A DNA stretch of 64,000 nt from Tubiluchus corallicola (Eukaryota; Animalia; Priapulida). A program made the translations under genes and the position numbers. This document shows positions 39,301 to 52,600 of this stretch, piece by piece (position 1 is the first letter of the stretch; the number at the start of each line of letters is the position of its first letter). The notes beneath the pieces were generated by a model. That model was not told where the DNA came from. It made no database searches and saw nothing but the letters and a program-made list of their open reading frames with translations. The stretch is from positions 103,580 to 167,579 of the forward strand of contig JAQGDQ010000452.1 of the NCBI GenBank assembly GCA_030141605.1, written 5' to 3'.

Positions 39301-41445
39301 AGTTGCTCATTCTAGAGGTATAGCCTTGATAACGAATCATGTTCCGGTCCCACCACAACATCCATTGGATTCCGAATTGTACAAAAAAGAATGCAACTGT
39401 CTAAAGTTAGTATCCAACTCAGCGACATTGCCCATCCATTCATAGACTGGGCTCTGCATTCTTGACTTCAGTTGCTAAGTACACACTCTGACCATTTGGC
39501 TGCTCACTCCCCTCATATGTGTTGTGAATAATGATGATTACAGGCCGATTATCTATAACGGCGGAAACGTTTGAGAAAAGTCTGTGATTTTTTTACTGTA
39601 AGTCCAGTCAACGACTGCCCCAGTTGAAACAGTTTTATAAACGGTGTGGCAACGGACCGTAGTTTCCCCATATCTGCCATGTGTATGTGTATGTGTATGA
39701 GTATGTGCATGTGTATGTGCATGTGCATGTGTAATTTCGCGTGCTTCATAGTATACTCTGCTGCCAGCTGCTTTCATGTATGATGACTTTATTTCCAGTC
39801 TGTATTAAGAACTTACCTTCCACACTTTATATTTGCATTAATTATTTTTCTAATTTTATGGTTAATTAGTGATTTTTCCAAGTGTTTTCTCAATAATTGG
39901 CACGTCAGAATCGTTTTATTGCAATTTATGCAAGCGTATGTGAATTGCTGCATGGATGCGCTTTGGATGTGTGTTTGTTCTTGCATCCGCATCACGTGTA
40001 GGCGCCAAATAAGGACAAAATCGATTAACTTCTGGTCCTTTTATCTTCTGCCTGGAATGCAGGCAATTACGCCAAACTTCTGTTTACTTTTCAGCTTCTC
40101 GGGATTGTTTATCACTTAGCTGTCTTACAATTAATTAGTTCTTCATTCTCAGTTCTACACCTTAAGCATGCGCAGATAGTTTGTAGCTATTCTCTAGCTG
40201 GCGTAACCAAAACCAGCTCGGATCAGATCTCTTTGACAAAATCAAGGTTGCATTCGTATTCGACCCAGTCATTTCAACACTTTCAGTCGGAAAAATGACG
40301 GATCGGGTCGGTATCAAAGGTAACGTACAGAAAGTTCAGCTCATTTGGGCAATACGTACTGCTTTTCAATCTTTGTAAACTTGAATCATGGCTTGAGACG
40401 AGTACAGGGGTTCTGCAGGGAGGTTTTCTTAGTCTGTTTTTGTTTTCACTAGTTATTTCAGACTGAATTTGTTCAGATTTTTGAGTGTTTTAATGAGTCG
40501 TTTAAAATCTTCTACGAGATGATGTTCTACGAGTCCAGACAGTCATTACACGTAGATTATTAGCATTAAAGACATGGCTTTAAATTGAATTTTCATCATG
40601 ACGCTCCCCCTGCCCCATCAAGTACCCTTGCCAATTTTTCTGCTGTTTTGACGTATTACACATCGCACGCATTAGTGCATGCGTGCTTCTTGTACATCTA
40701 TTAGCCAAGGTAATAGCGGATTATGTTTTCGTAAACACGTGTTCAAAACATGGCTTCCTTTCATCTTACCGCAATCTCCTTTACCGAGGATAAAAATCTT
40801 CTTTCTAATTGTCATCCTCAGCATCCCTGTCTCGGTTTGTACGCTCACGCAAGCGTCCAGCCGAAGATGTTTTCCGGGAAGGGATTAGCATCAACCCTTC
40901 TTCTGCAGATGACGATAATCCGGATTTGTGTTTTAATATTCCCGGTTTTTCTGATCATCCTTCGTCTGATATTCGTCGTCTGAATACATATTGAATGTGT
41001 TTGTGGAGTATGTTGTAATCGTTTCTGGAAACCTAGGGCTTCATTCACACTATAATTGCGCTCACGCAGTTTCCTGTAGAAATAACGACAAAAACCAGTG
41101 CAACAGGTAGGGAAATTAGGCATTGCAGAGACATTATTAAAAGTATGAAAGCCAAGCAATAAAGGTAATTTGTTCCTCATCAAAAAATGTACTTAGTAAA
41201 TAAACGGAGCTGTCTTGCACAGATAAGCTTTGCTGGGTGATACATCATACTGATTATAGTGGCATGTGCTGCCAAATTCAGAAAAACTGTTTATTAGTTT
41301 CTTGATTTTTATGAAATTCGTATAATTGCTACGAAAATTCGCCAGGATTCGAAGAAACTTACATAGCATGATGGTAGTCTACTGTTAACATTCAACACGT
41401 TATGATACATGACGTGATATGTGACACGAAATGACATAATATATG

Positions 41446-41677
41446 AAATGAAGTGATGTGATGTGATGTGATGTGACGTGATGTGACGTGACGTGACGTG
41501 ATGTGATGTGATGTGATGTGATGTGATGTGATGTGATGATATGATATGGTATGATATGATATGATATGATATGATATGATATGATATGATATGATATGAT
41601 ATGATATGATATGATATGATATGATATGATATGATATGATATGATATATGATATGATATGATATGACATGACACGAC
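41446..41677. repeat. Compound pentanucleotide microsatellite (GATGT/GACGT)n-(GATAT)n
   Basis: Direct reading. Confidence 0.95.
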
Positions 41678-43049
41678 ATAACAATGCCTTTAACTTGAGT
41701 TGAACAGATGTCACGTCATGTTTCTACTAAATGGAACTACTGTATTTAGGTGTTGTCAACGTCTGTAAACTACAAGCCTGATTTTGTTACTTTGTCTCTT
41801 TCTTTACTTTTTTGGAAAAAAAGAATATGAAAAGACCTACTGATTGGACGGTACCTAAAATTCCCGGTGAGCGGACAGAAATTCATGTCATTTCAAAATG
41901 CAATTGACACAATATGATTACTCGCGAAATTGCACTTTATGAAGCGCTATTTTCCCGAAACCTCGAATCTACTAGCCGAGTCGAGATTTTTGATGCATTA
42001 GATGTTGAGCAAATGTGTTCTTAAATTGGTACATTGTTAACCACTCGGGAAGACATTGCTTATTTTTCAAAATGACCGCGAGCTTTTTGCCCTGATGAAG
42101 CAGTAATTGCCAATCTCGTGACCTTTAAATCGGCCAGCCTTGAGACATTCAAGAAAATTGTGTTTTCATCAGGTTTTAACCACCGCAAATTAAATTACTA
42201 TATCGTCTCAATTTCTTTTCATATTATTCTTATCACTCGTTTATTATGCATTAGTAATTGCGCGCGTAATTAAATGTCTGCATTCCCGTTCCTGTAAAAA
42301 TTTTATTGTCTTCTGGATATTATTGTGAAATATTGTTCGACTGAGGAAACTAATTTGATTTTCTGCAGAAGATGAAGATAATAAAAATGATGGAATAGGA
42401 GATTTATAATGAAAAGCCATTATGATCTGTAGCTTCCAATAGTAACTAGTTAGAAACTGTTTACGGTTTAGATATGATTTTCCTTTTTTTTGCTTTTATT
42501 TATTTATTTGTTTGTTTATTTTAACTACCTGGACACCTGTTTTAATTTTGTGTTTGCATGAACTTTATTTATCATGTAATATGTAAATTTATAATTATTG
42601 TAAACGTAAAATGTATAGTTATAAGTTCATGTTATGATCACGATATGAAAAATTACATGCCGGCATTAATTATTTGTATTATGCTAAGTGAGAATATATA
42701 TCATCTTCACTGCTACTCTTTGTTGCTGCTTTTATGTTCTCAGAATCTCTGTTCACTGGTCGTTCGTCTGTTCGTCAGTACTGATCTTTCTGTTGCAGAG
42801 TAAGTGCTAATTTATTCAGTATTTTCTCTCCGACCGCTTATCTGTGGAATTCTAGCAGAAAATTGTTTCTAGTTAAGTTATTAAGCAAGATTTTATTCCC
42901 AGCCAGTGAGTGTCAAGTCAGTTAAGTACAGCCTTACTCGCTTAAAGAAATATGTTAAGAGATGATTCTTATCATTTGTCATATTGATTATGGTATCTCT
43001 AGTGGTGTTTGTGGCCTGTGCCAGTTTGTAATGTTACCCAAAAAATTGG

Positions 43050-43620
43050 GCAAGTATAGAATTATCGGTTCCGTTTACCTGTCCATTTGTTGTTTCACTT
43101 TTTCTCGGCCATGGAGTATTCCCCCAATGGGTTACCCAAAGTTACCTAAAAAAGTAGACAGCTATAGAATGACCGGATGTACCTGTCGTCACTTTTTCTC
43201 GGCCCTGGCGTAGCGTTGAAAGTTGATACCTCGCACAGAATTAGGGCACAAATTCGGAGCCTATCAATTGGTGTAGTTGGAGAAGTTGGTGTAGATTTGA
43301 ATATTTTACAATTTTTAAAATATACCTACCCCTGTAACAAACCTATGTGCGCCGCGACTACAGAATTATCGGTTCCATCTGTCCGTCCATTTGTCCGTCT
43401 CTCCGTCTGTCGCCAGTGTTTTTAGACTGTGGAGTTAATCGGGAAGTTGTTACCTCGGACAGTTGTAGGGTGTGGTTGAAGCTCGAACCCTATGAATTTT
43501 GAGGTCAACTGGCTAAGATTTGATTTTTTTACAATTTTTCGAAACTTTGCATATAACAAACTTCTGTAGCTAATAAGTCCGCTGTTCAGCTGTACGTGAT
43601 TGATAAGCACCAGTATGATA
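43050..43620 (+). mobile_element. Helentron-associated (HINE/DINE-like) non-autonomous element fragments
   Basis: Duplicated agaattatcggttcc and ttttctcggcc, (GTCC/GTCT)n microsatellite at about 43378-43412, ccctatgaattttgaggtca motif. Confidence 0.45.
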
Positions 43621-43919
43621 GCTAAGTCAATTATGATGCATTAGGAAGGTGCAGATAAAAATAATCACTGACATATGTTATGCAGAAAACTCATTTTTGT
43701 GGTAGACTTCCTGTACTTTGTTATGTTAAACCCACAGGATATTATAGTGGCCAGTGATTTTTCTCGTGCATGTCTGTATCAAACTTTAGATTTTCATTTA
43801 AAGTTTTCAACGCAGGCGCGTTGCATTGAATTCTAACTTCATGTTCTATAACGGTAGAAATCCTCCTTCACAGAAATTTAGTATTATTTTATGTGTTAGT
43901 GGAGAAAATACACCTTTGC

Positions 43920-44267
43920 GGTAGTTTGAAGGTATGTCGATCTCATTGGGGCAACTGTTCCCCTGTAATGAGGGCTCTCTGGTTTCATTCTGGTATTACA
44001 CTGTAGTAGTTTCATGGTATGTCGATCTCATTGGGGCAACTCTTTCCTTGTACTGAGGGCTCTGTGGTTTCATTCTGGTATTACAATGTAGTAGTTTCGA
44101 GGTATGTCGATCTCATTGGGGCAACTCTTCCCTTGTACTGAGGGCTCTCTGGTTTCATTCTGCTATTACACTGTAGTAGTTTGAAGGTATGTCGATTTGA
44201 TTGGGGCAACTCTTCCGCTGTACTGAGGGCTCTCTGGTTTCATTCTGGTATTACACTGTAGTAGTTT
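43920..44267. repeat. 85-bp minisatellite, 4 copies
   Basis: ggtatgtcgat at 43931, 44016, 44101, 44186. Confidence 0.95.
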
Positions 44268-45002
44268 AGGAATTTACAGTTGCTGCGCACTTTGCCTATT
44301 ATGCAAATTGTGCAAATCATGGAAACATAATTGTCATTAATGAGTAATGAGTGTTGATTGGCACTTAATGCAGTTAACACAACCAGTAATACTATTTCTG
44401 ACATCAGTCTGTGCAGTAATTATCTTAGCATTCACAGCGCTGCAATGAAGATCGTCTAGATTCTAGACTTTGTGCTGTGAAAGTACATCAAGTTCTTCTG
44501 TAATCTTCTTATAGTCAAGTGGACAGACGTTTTCTCTCTGACAGCAGATACTTGTCATCGTGTATTACTATTAACCAAACTGATGGTGGGCTTCTTTCTC
44601 GGCTTCTTTGTCCCCAATTACCCGCTAATGCTTTCACATTTTCTTGGTTATTCTTATAATAACATTGAGTGTACTTCATTTACAATACGCGTCCCTGTAG
44701 ATGGAAGTACTCCACCAGTACATTATAATTAGATATCCGCAGCATATGTAGAAGAATTGTGTGGCCAAGCTTACTGTTAAATGCAGAACTTACAGAATTT
44801 ATTCGACTAACGCGTTTCAACGTGTTTCGGCTGATTTTTGCATGCGCGGGTTCGACGCAGCACTTGGTTAGTAACTTGGTAATGCCAGTTTAAATACATT
44901 GTAAGTGATAAAGTATCGTTAGCGTTGTCATACTTCTGTAAACATGTACATTGGGTATAAAGTATATGAGAACGTAGTTAACCTTGGCTGTCTGGTAAAA
45001 CT

Positions 45003-45083
45003 ATGCTAAGTACTGTTACCCAAACGGCAATGTTACATTTTTTTATACGAATCACCTTAAACAGAAGCCATTGGCTACTCAAG
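45003..45083 (+). CDS. Candidate alternative first exon joining PRKAR1 exon 3 (27 aa)
   Basis: actATG start after an in-frame stop, MLSTVTQTAMLHFFIRITLNRSHWLLK, donor AAG|gtaagg, phase 0. Confidence 0.33.
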
Positions 45084-46128
45084 GTAAGGCGCTACAGTGG
45101 AGAACCGAAAATGAGAACGCAAGTCCAGGAAAATAGAATTTAAATAATCGTTTAGCTATGGGAGTTATCTGTCTTTTTTCAGTCTCTGTCATTGTTCTTA
45201 TTTTCTTCCAGTGTGTGTTCGTCAAGTGTCTTATTCTTCAACTACTTCCGTCTCTGCTTCCTTGAAATCTTCACTTTATTTGCTACCTCTTGTCCATCGT
45301 GGGCGTGGCGTAATTACACGTGTCTTGATGTACGAAGAAGCCCAGTGGCCAGAGTTGCTTCTAGCTGCGTTGTCAACTGGTTCACCGGTGGAGACAAGGC
45401 GCAAAATGGCTTCATTTACTAGTCTGAATTGACTGTTGGCAAGTTTTCTTATCGTGTGAATTTTCGCTGCTTCTTCTTACCTGTTTGAAAGTGAGAGTGA
45501 GACAATGTGCTTTCAGTTAAGTAGTAATTAGCGGATCTGTAAGAGTCTGATTTGTCGTGTTTATTAAAGCGCCTCAATGTCTTGTGAAATGGCTTCATTT
45601 GATAATGGGATGCTAATGGAGAAAACTTGGGAAGTAAGTACGAAAGGTCTAACAAAAGTCCTTTTATAGTTGCAGTCTATTTGTTAATGAACTAAGAAAG
45701 CCAGCCTCACTAAATATGTACTTGCACAATTAATGTAGCTGAACAATTGTTAGTATACTGAAATTTAAAGGAAACGATAAGTCACTTAGCATGCTGGGTT
45801 TATTTTACTGTTATCACTTATAATTATAATGTTGAAATTTGCAAAAAACTGCCTGTAAAGCATAAAGTTAATTTATGTACTACTACTACTGCTGTATAGA
45901 AATTTTCAGGAATGGTGATAGCCGCCATTCACTCTAAAAGTATGACGTATAGCTGGCGGACTTCGTGACTTTTCGTAAGCACAACGTGGCTTTGGCTTTC
46001 CGTAAGTGCTAATTCAAACTTCTGCAGCTTACCTATTGTTCGTACAATATTATCACAAAATTAGCTGTCTATTTTTTTGTAAAGATTTATACTTTTGGTG
46101 GAAATTGACAGTGCACTACTTTTCTCAG

Positions 46129-46170
46129 CCGATGAACGACGTCACTGGTGGACGAATGGGCCTTCAAAAT
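46129..46170 (+). CDS. Candidate 42-nt symmetric cassette exon in PRKAR1 intron 2
   Basis: Acceptor cttttctcag, donor AAT|gtgagt, phase 0->0, open frame PMNDVTGGRMGLQN. Confidence 0.33.
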
Positions 46171-46908
46171 GTGAGTGCCCAAGCGTGAAATGATGGCAAG
46201 ATTTGCAACTTTAAAGTGATCTTACTAATTACACCAGCTGCTTATCACACCTTTACTTATAAATTCTAACATTTTTCGCAAAATTTCAAGCAAGTCTGAT
46301 TTCCAAGAACGCTTTGCCTTTCTTTCAAGACATATAGGGAAATGCTGTTTTTGTTATGTTTTGTTCCGTTTTTTTGTTATAGTTGCACGAGTTTTGTGGT
46401 TTTACAGTTGGTTTTTGTCAATTGGTCTATTGTGTTAATGGTAGCGTAAGTTTATCTCTTCATGGCATATCTCAAAACATTCTGGGGCAAAATATACTCA
46501 AAAATATTTGATCGCTTTGTTAGGTAGGTAAACTCCTCAAGTGGCATAAAAGTCCTGCTGTAGAATTTGGGAACTAATGTTTCATGTTACCTGTTATTTT
46601 GGATCTTTGGCAACTGCTTTGATTTTGTGATAAACATTTTGTGCTAATAGAAATTCTGCCATTACGCCTGTAAACACACATTTTTTGTGAAGCATGGCAT
46701 GTTCCATTTTGACCACTGGTCATTCTTTATTTTTCTATGTGTGCTTACAATTTCTCCTCCATTTTGGATTGGCTTAACTGCATATACAAGAAAAGAGTTA
46801 CTCAGTTACTTTGGCTTCTGCAGCCTCTTTGCTTTCTTATTCTACACCCAACAAATATATCATTAGCCGGCTTAACATACCTCGATTAGCAACAAAGAAG
46901 GTGATTAC

Positions 46909-47790
46909 TTGCATGTGCACTCTACAGGTCAGTGCTGCAAAATTCTAATTATCCATAGTTGCACGTGCACTCTACAGGTCAGTACTGCAAAATTCTAATT
47001 ATCCATAGTTGCACGTGCACTCTGCATGTCAGTACTGCAAAATTCTAATTTTCCATAGTTGCACGTGCACTCTATAGGTCAGTACTGCAAAATTCTAATT
47101 TTCCATAGTTGCACGTGCACTCTACAGGTCAGTACTGAAAAATTCTAATTATCCATAGTTGCACGTGCACTCTGCAGGTCAGTACTGCAAAATTCTAATT
47201 ATCCATAGTTGCACGTGCACTCTGCAGGTCAGTACTGCAAAATTCTAATTATCCATAGTTGCACGTGCATTCTATAGGTCAGTACTGCAAAATTCTAATT
47301 TTCCATAGTTGCACGTGCACTCTACAGGTCAGTACTGCAAAATTCTAATTATCCGTAGTTGCACGTGCACTCTACAGGTCAGTACTGTAAAATTCTAATT
47401 ATCCGTAGTTGCACGTGCATTCTACAGGTCAGTACTGCAAAATTCTAATTATCCGTAGTTGCACGTGCACTCTACAGGTCAGTAGTGCAAAATTCTAATT
47501 ATCCGTAGTTGCACGTGCACTCTACAGGTCAGTAGTGCAAAATTCTAATTATCCGTAGTTGCACGTGCACTCTACAGGTCAGTACTGCAAAATTCCAATT
47601 ATCCATAGTTGCACGTGCACTCTACAGGTCAGTACTGCAAAATTCTAATTATCCATAGTTGCACGTGCGCTCTACAGTTGCACATGCACTCTACACATTG
47701 TGTTGCAAATTTCTATTTATCGATAGTTGCACATGCACTATACAGTTAGTACTGCAAAATCTAATTATCCATAGTTGCACATGCACCCTA
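46909..47790. repeat. 50-bp minisatellite, about 15 clean copies plus degenerate tail
   Basis: Unit gttgcacgtgcactctacaggtcagtactgcaaaattctaattatccata. Confidence 0.97.
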
Positions 47791-49057
47791 CAGTCTGCGC
47801 ATATGATATTCCCAAATTCCCGAATGTCAACAGCTCTAAACGTAATGTATGATCTTCAAACCTCTATTAGCTTCAGACGTCGTCCTCCCTTACACATGCA
47901 TATAGGCTCATGCTCTGGACCTACACTAACTAATTTAATTAAGAATTTGATGACATCTTTATTGCCACTATTGAGTGCTGTGATTAAAATTACAAGTAAC
48001 TTTGCCCCCATTGCTGGCATGATTTAATTTACATCAAAGTCCCCGGGAGAGTAAAATTGAGCACACATTTAATATGATTTTGAAGAGATGACACAATCGT
48101 GTCATCAGAATTGATGTAAAACTAGTTGCACCATCAGCTCTTTGATTCTTGATAACAGAAAATCAGCCTTGGAAACTGGCCGTCCCATGTCACGCCAAGT
48201 GCCTAGATTAATCTAATTGATTTCTTAATTGCAACATCGCGTGTGCTGTAAATCTCAAATCTGGGATGTCTGAATACATTCCTGTTCTCAGCAACCTCTA
48301 ACATAGAAACAGAAACAGTCAAGAATTGGTTCGTCAACATTCACGTCTATAATAACTATCTGTACATCAGCACGGTTTGTTAGAATTTAGAGAATCATTT
48401 CGATTCTATTACCATTGTGGTTCTGGCAAGTCTAACTGCAATGTAGGTTTATGAGAGACCTTCAGAACAAGTAGCTTCGCTGCAGCTAATCTCACACTTG
48501 GTGCATTTAATTGCATGAATAGCCTGTCATTTACACAAGTGCACACACTCTTAAGACTCATCCACATTGATTAGGCTTGTGTGGCTTCTCTCTGATCTGT
48601 TCAGCATTAAATAGCCAATCACTACTTAAATCAGCAGGGCTGGAATAATTGGGTAACATCCTTTGATGTAGATGCTGCAATTAATGCAACTACAGGGCCA
48701 CAAGCGTGTTTTGCACCTGGCTAACATATAGAAAATAACACAAACGTATTAATTAGAGTGTATTAAGGCATTTATACTCTTTGCTGCTTGCTGGTCTGAT
48801 TCTATCTGAGTTAACATGAAAATTTTACCTGATTTAATAAAGAACTTCCCCAATGAAGAAATCAATAGACACGATGTATCTATCACAATGAACAATCTTC
48901 ACTCTTCGAGTAAAAGATGAAAACAGAACAAAAACTTGCAGAAGAGCTATAAACTAATTTTTTGAACTTTTGTCTTTATTATAACAACACTGTCACTAAC
49001 AGAAAAACATGAGAGTGCTATATAGTGCTAATTGTGCAGTCTTAGTAACGCCAGATA

Positions 49058-49303
49058 AGTGACGAAAAGTACATCAGAAGTTTACCTGAGTTAAGATAAT
49101 ATTTACAGTATTCACAGCACAAACTACATGTATAGTTTTATAGCACATGGCTTAAATAAATACATTTACCATAGCCAATGACGATAAAGTACATCAGAAG
49201 TTTACCTGAGTTAAAATAATATCTACAGTATTCACAGCACAAACTACATGTATAGTTTTATAGCACATGGCTTAAGTAAATACATTTACTGTAGCCAATG
49301 ACA
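49058..49303. repeat. 120-bp tandem duplication
   Basis: acatcagaagtttacctgag at 49071 and 49191. Confidence 0.9.
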
Positions 49304-50004
49304 AACAGTTAAGAAAAAACCTTATAGTATTCGCAGTTTGAGCCAAATTATATTAGCAAGTTGGAACTGTTAAAAATGCACTAATTACTAACTTATTTAC
49401 TAACGCGTGATTCCCATTTGAGTCTGTAGATTGATTCATAAGGTTGCAGCATCTCTGATAAGTGACACACAAAACATAAGAGTGACTCTGGATTTAGCAA
49501 AAAGAAAAAAACAAATGACCTTCAAGATCCTATTAACCAGTTGCGTTTCTAGTTAGTCAACTGTTTTTTCTTGAAGGTTGCTTGTGAAAAAGAGACCTTA
49601 GCAACAAATCAACTAAATGGTTTAGTTCTTCTCGAGTTTTGTTGGCTGTTTGAAAGCTTTCGCTTGGTTAAATTGGACATCTGACATATCAGTTCTACAC
49701 ATCTCACGCATCAGTGTTACATATCTGACAAGTCAGTTTAAGTTTGACAGTTACTACAGTAATGTTACTGCTACTCTGAACACTATAATCATCAGCAGAC
49801 TTGTGATTACTGAAATATCATCATTTTTGTCTTTTTAAATGTGTTGGCATCATTTTGTAGGATTAAACTGATAACTGAGGATTAAGAAGTATTTCTCCAG
49901 TTTGCTTGTCTTGTTTTGTAGAAATTCATCTGAATGCATTTGTTAGTTCGTTTCAAAAACAAAAGCAGGAGATTCTGATATGACAAAAATTTAATTTGTC
50001 TTGT

Positions 50005-50760
50005 TTAGCACATTAACACTTAAACGTGAATACAGTATAATAACTGACTCCTGCTGGAAGGATGTTTTTCCATGTTACAGCTGACCGTCGCGGAAGGGTT
50101 CGCAGCAGCTTTCAACTCCTATGATTGTCACCATGTGGCCATAGAGACAGCAGTTAACATTAACATTAGCTCATTACCATTTCTTTGTGAATATTGTTTA
50201 ATAACTGATTCCCAGTAGCTTTCAACTCCAATGATTGTCACGGGAAGGGGGGTGGGAGACACTGAGGTATCAATTGATATTAACATGTCAATGTTAGCAT
50301 TAATATTAATATAAGCACATTAACATTTCAACGTAAATACAGCTTGATAACCGATTCCTGGATAAAGGATGTATTTCGAGATTACAACTAACGGTCGCCG
50401 AAGGGTTGGCAGTAGCTTTAAATTCCTATGATTGTCACCAGGTGGCCACAGAGGCATCAGTTAACATAGCATTAGCTCATTAACATTTCTTCGTTAATAC
50501 AGTTTAATAACTGATCCCAGTAGCTTTCAACTCCTACAATTGTCGCTGAGGGGTGGGGGGGGGGCGGGGCAATGGGGCATCAATTAACATTAACTTGTCA
50601 ATGTTAACGTAAACTTTAGCATTAGCACATTAACAATTTTTCTGTCTTGAGCACCAGCCAGCTTGCTCATAATAGCTTTACAGTTAACCATCACTGAAGG
50701 GTTTCCAGTAGCTTTCGACTCCTATGATTGTCACCAGGTGGCCAGAGACGCATCAATTTC
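50005..50760. repeat. Degenerate about 300-bp tandem repeat with internal agctttcaactcctatgattgtca subunits
   Basis: Subunit recurs near 50107, 50216, 50413, 50522, 50709. Confidence 0.75.
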
Positions 50761-50923
50761 CGGAAACTGATGACTCTTAAATTTGATTTTGTGAGTTGTA
50801 AGTTTGAAGTCGCCTTGACAGTTTGATTGTTTGCTTGAGGCGATTACAGAGCTTTCCTAGTCGTAGCCGTTAAATATTTCAAGAATGTGAAAGTTATTTG
50901 ATTCACTGTTTTTTCCGTTGCAG

Positions 50924-51015
50924 GTCGTTCCCAAGGACTACAAAACCATGCAGGCGCTGTCAAAAGCCATCGAGAAGAACGTTCTATTTTCACACCTGGA
51001 TGAGAACGAGAAAAG
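50924..51015 (+). CDS. PRKAR1: PRKAR1 exon 3
   Basis: Acceptor ttccgttgcag, donor AG|gtgagt; 92 nt, phase 0->2; [30 protein letters not shown](S). Confidence 0.96.
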
Positions 51016-52600
51016 GTGAGTCACGTCACGTGTTCCGTACAGTTGTTCCCAGTTTAAAGACGGTTAAGTGGTTACATTTCACGAGAAGGCTGTCCTGACT
51101 TTCAAGAAGCACTTTGTCATATTTCAAGCTGCTTTGTAGAGTGGAGGAGAATAGAAATGGTTTCCTAATAGTGTGCTGAAAATAAAATTAATGTTCAGAG
51201 AATTGAGTTGACAGGAAATTGGCTTTCTTGCAAGAAAAGTCGTATGTCTTGGTTACTTTACCGTTGTCTTCTAATGACACTTTACCATTACCATCAACAG
51301 TCAAGGCAGGTTATTTTAAACTTGAATGATTTTGTACTTGGCTTTCATTACATGCGTAGTTGAACCACATTTGCACGTTGTCATGTACAAACTAATCAAG
51401 TGAACCCTGTTGGTGTTTTATTTTCACATTAAACTTTTGCCACGAGGCTCGGAAATCTTTTAAAATTTATAGATTTCTCCCAGTTATTCGTCTAATTTGT
51501 AAAATACTAGTCATAAAGTTCGTTGAAAATTTGTGTAGATTAGATATCCTATAGATTTTTGAAAATTTAAGGCCTACCTTAAGTTTAAAGTTATCTTTCC
51601 ATTCTTTTCAAAATCAGCTTGGTGGCCATCTTGGATCCAGTGGCTAATGATTCCAAAAATATATAGTTTTGCAAATCTGCAAAAAAATTAACGAAAATAC
51701 ACGAGGAACAAGACTATATTCCTGGAATACTAAAGACAAATAAACAATCATTTTCTATTCATATTTTCACATTGTTTTGCATTTAAACATTGACTTACAC
51801 AATTCAGTTGTTATTCATGTCACGGGCAGCACCATCTTTCGTTTACCAAACACATTTCGTTTAGAATGTGGCGCATCATTTTTGGCATCCATTCATTTCG
51901 AATACATTTTTATTGTGCACAGTTTTCAACGTTGGCGTTAAGTAAAGTTTCATACTTGTCGCTCGCGCTTATAGATTACTGTATTACCATACTTCTATTT
52001 TCGTCGCTAAGTAATGATCTATTAGCATTTTGTTTCACGGATAAATGAAAAATCTTGTTCTTTGAAATTTGAGAAAATAAAAGCGTTGCGTGACAGAATA
52101 AACAGCATAACTAAACCAGCCAGTAATCCTTTCTTTTAGATTTTTGCTCAGTTTTCGATTTGATTGAGCCAGCTGGTGGCTTAATATATTGAGCATTATC
52201 TATTCTGTTTGTGGTGTGTTAAAGGTAGTAGCTTTAATCTTGAACACTAAAGGCTCTTGTAGCTTGTCATGTACAAATCGAGTTGAAATTTTGTGACCTT
52301 TTACAGATAGTTGCAGGGCTCGCGTCTATAAGCTTGTTACTTCCTACGCACTGCATTGTGCCATCATACACACTTTTGCCTCTTGCTGTTTATGAAGGTT
52401 TTCGTGTTAAGTGCATTACTTTACAGCAACTATAGCAATCGTTTTTCCTCAATGCCCGTAAAAATATTTCAGGCTTTTTCCTTTCAAGACTGTATTTGAA
52501 ATAATTGATTTCCTGCTACTGGAAAGGTAGTTGATTTTTCCACATTCTTACATCATTAAATCCGACATTGTTTAGCAGCTGTTAAGAAGAGGATCTTGTC

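Noticed and set aside
41309-41714. ISYHI-repeat ORFs
   Set aside because: Pentanucleotide microsatellite
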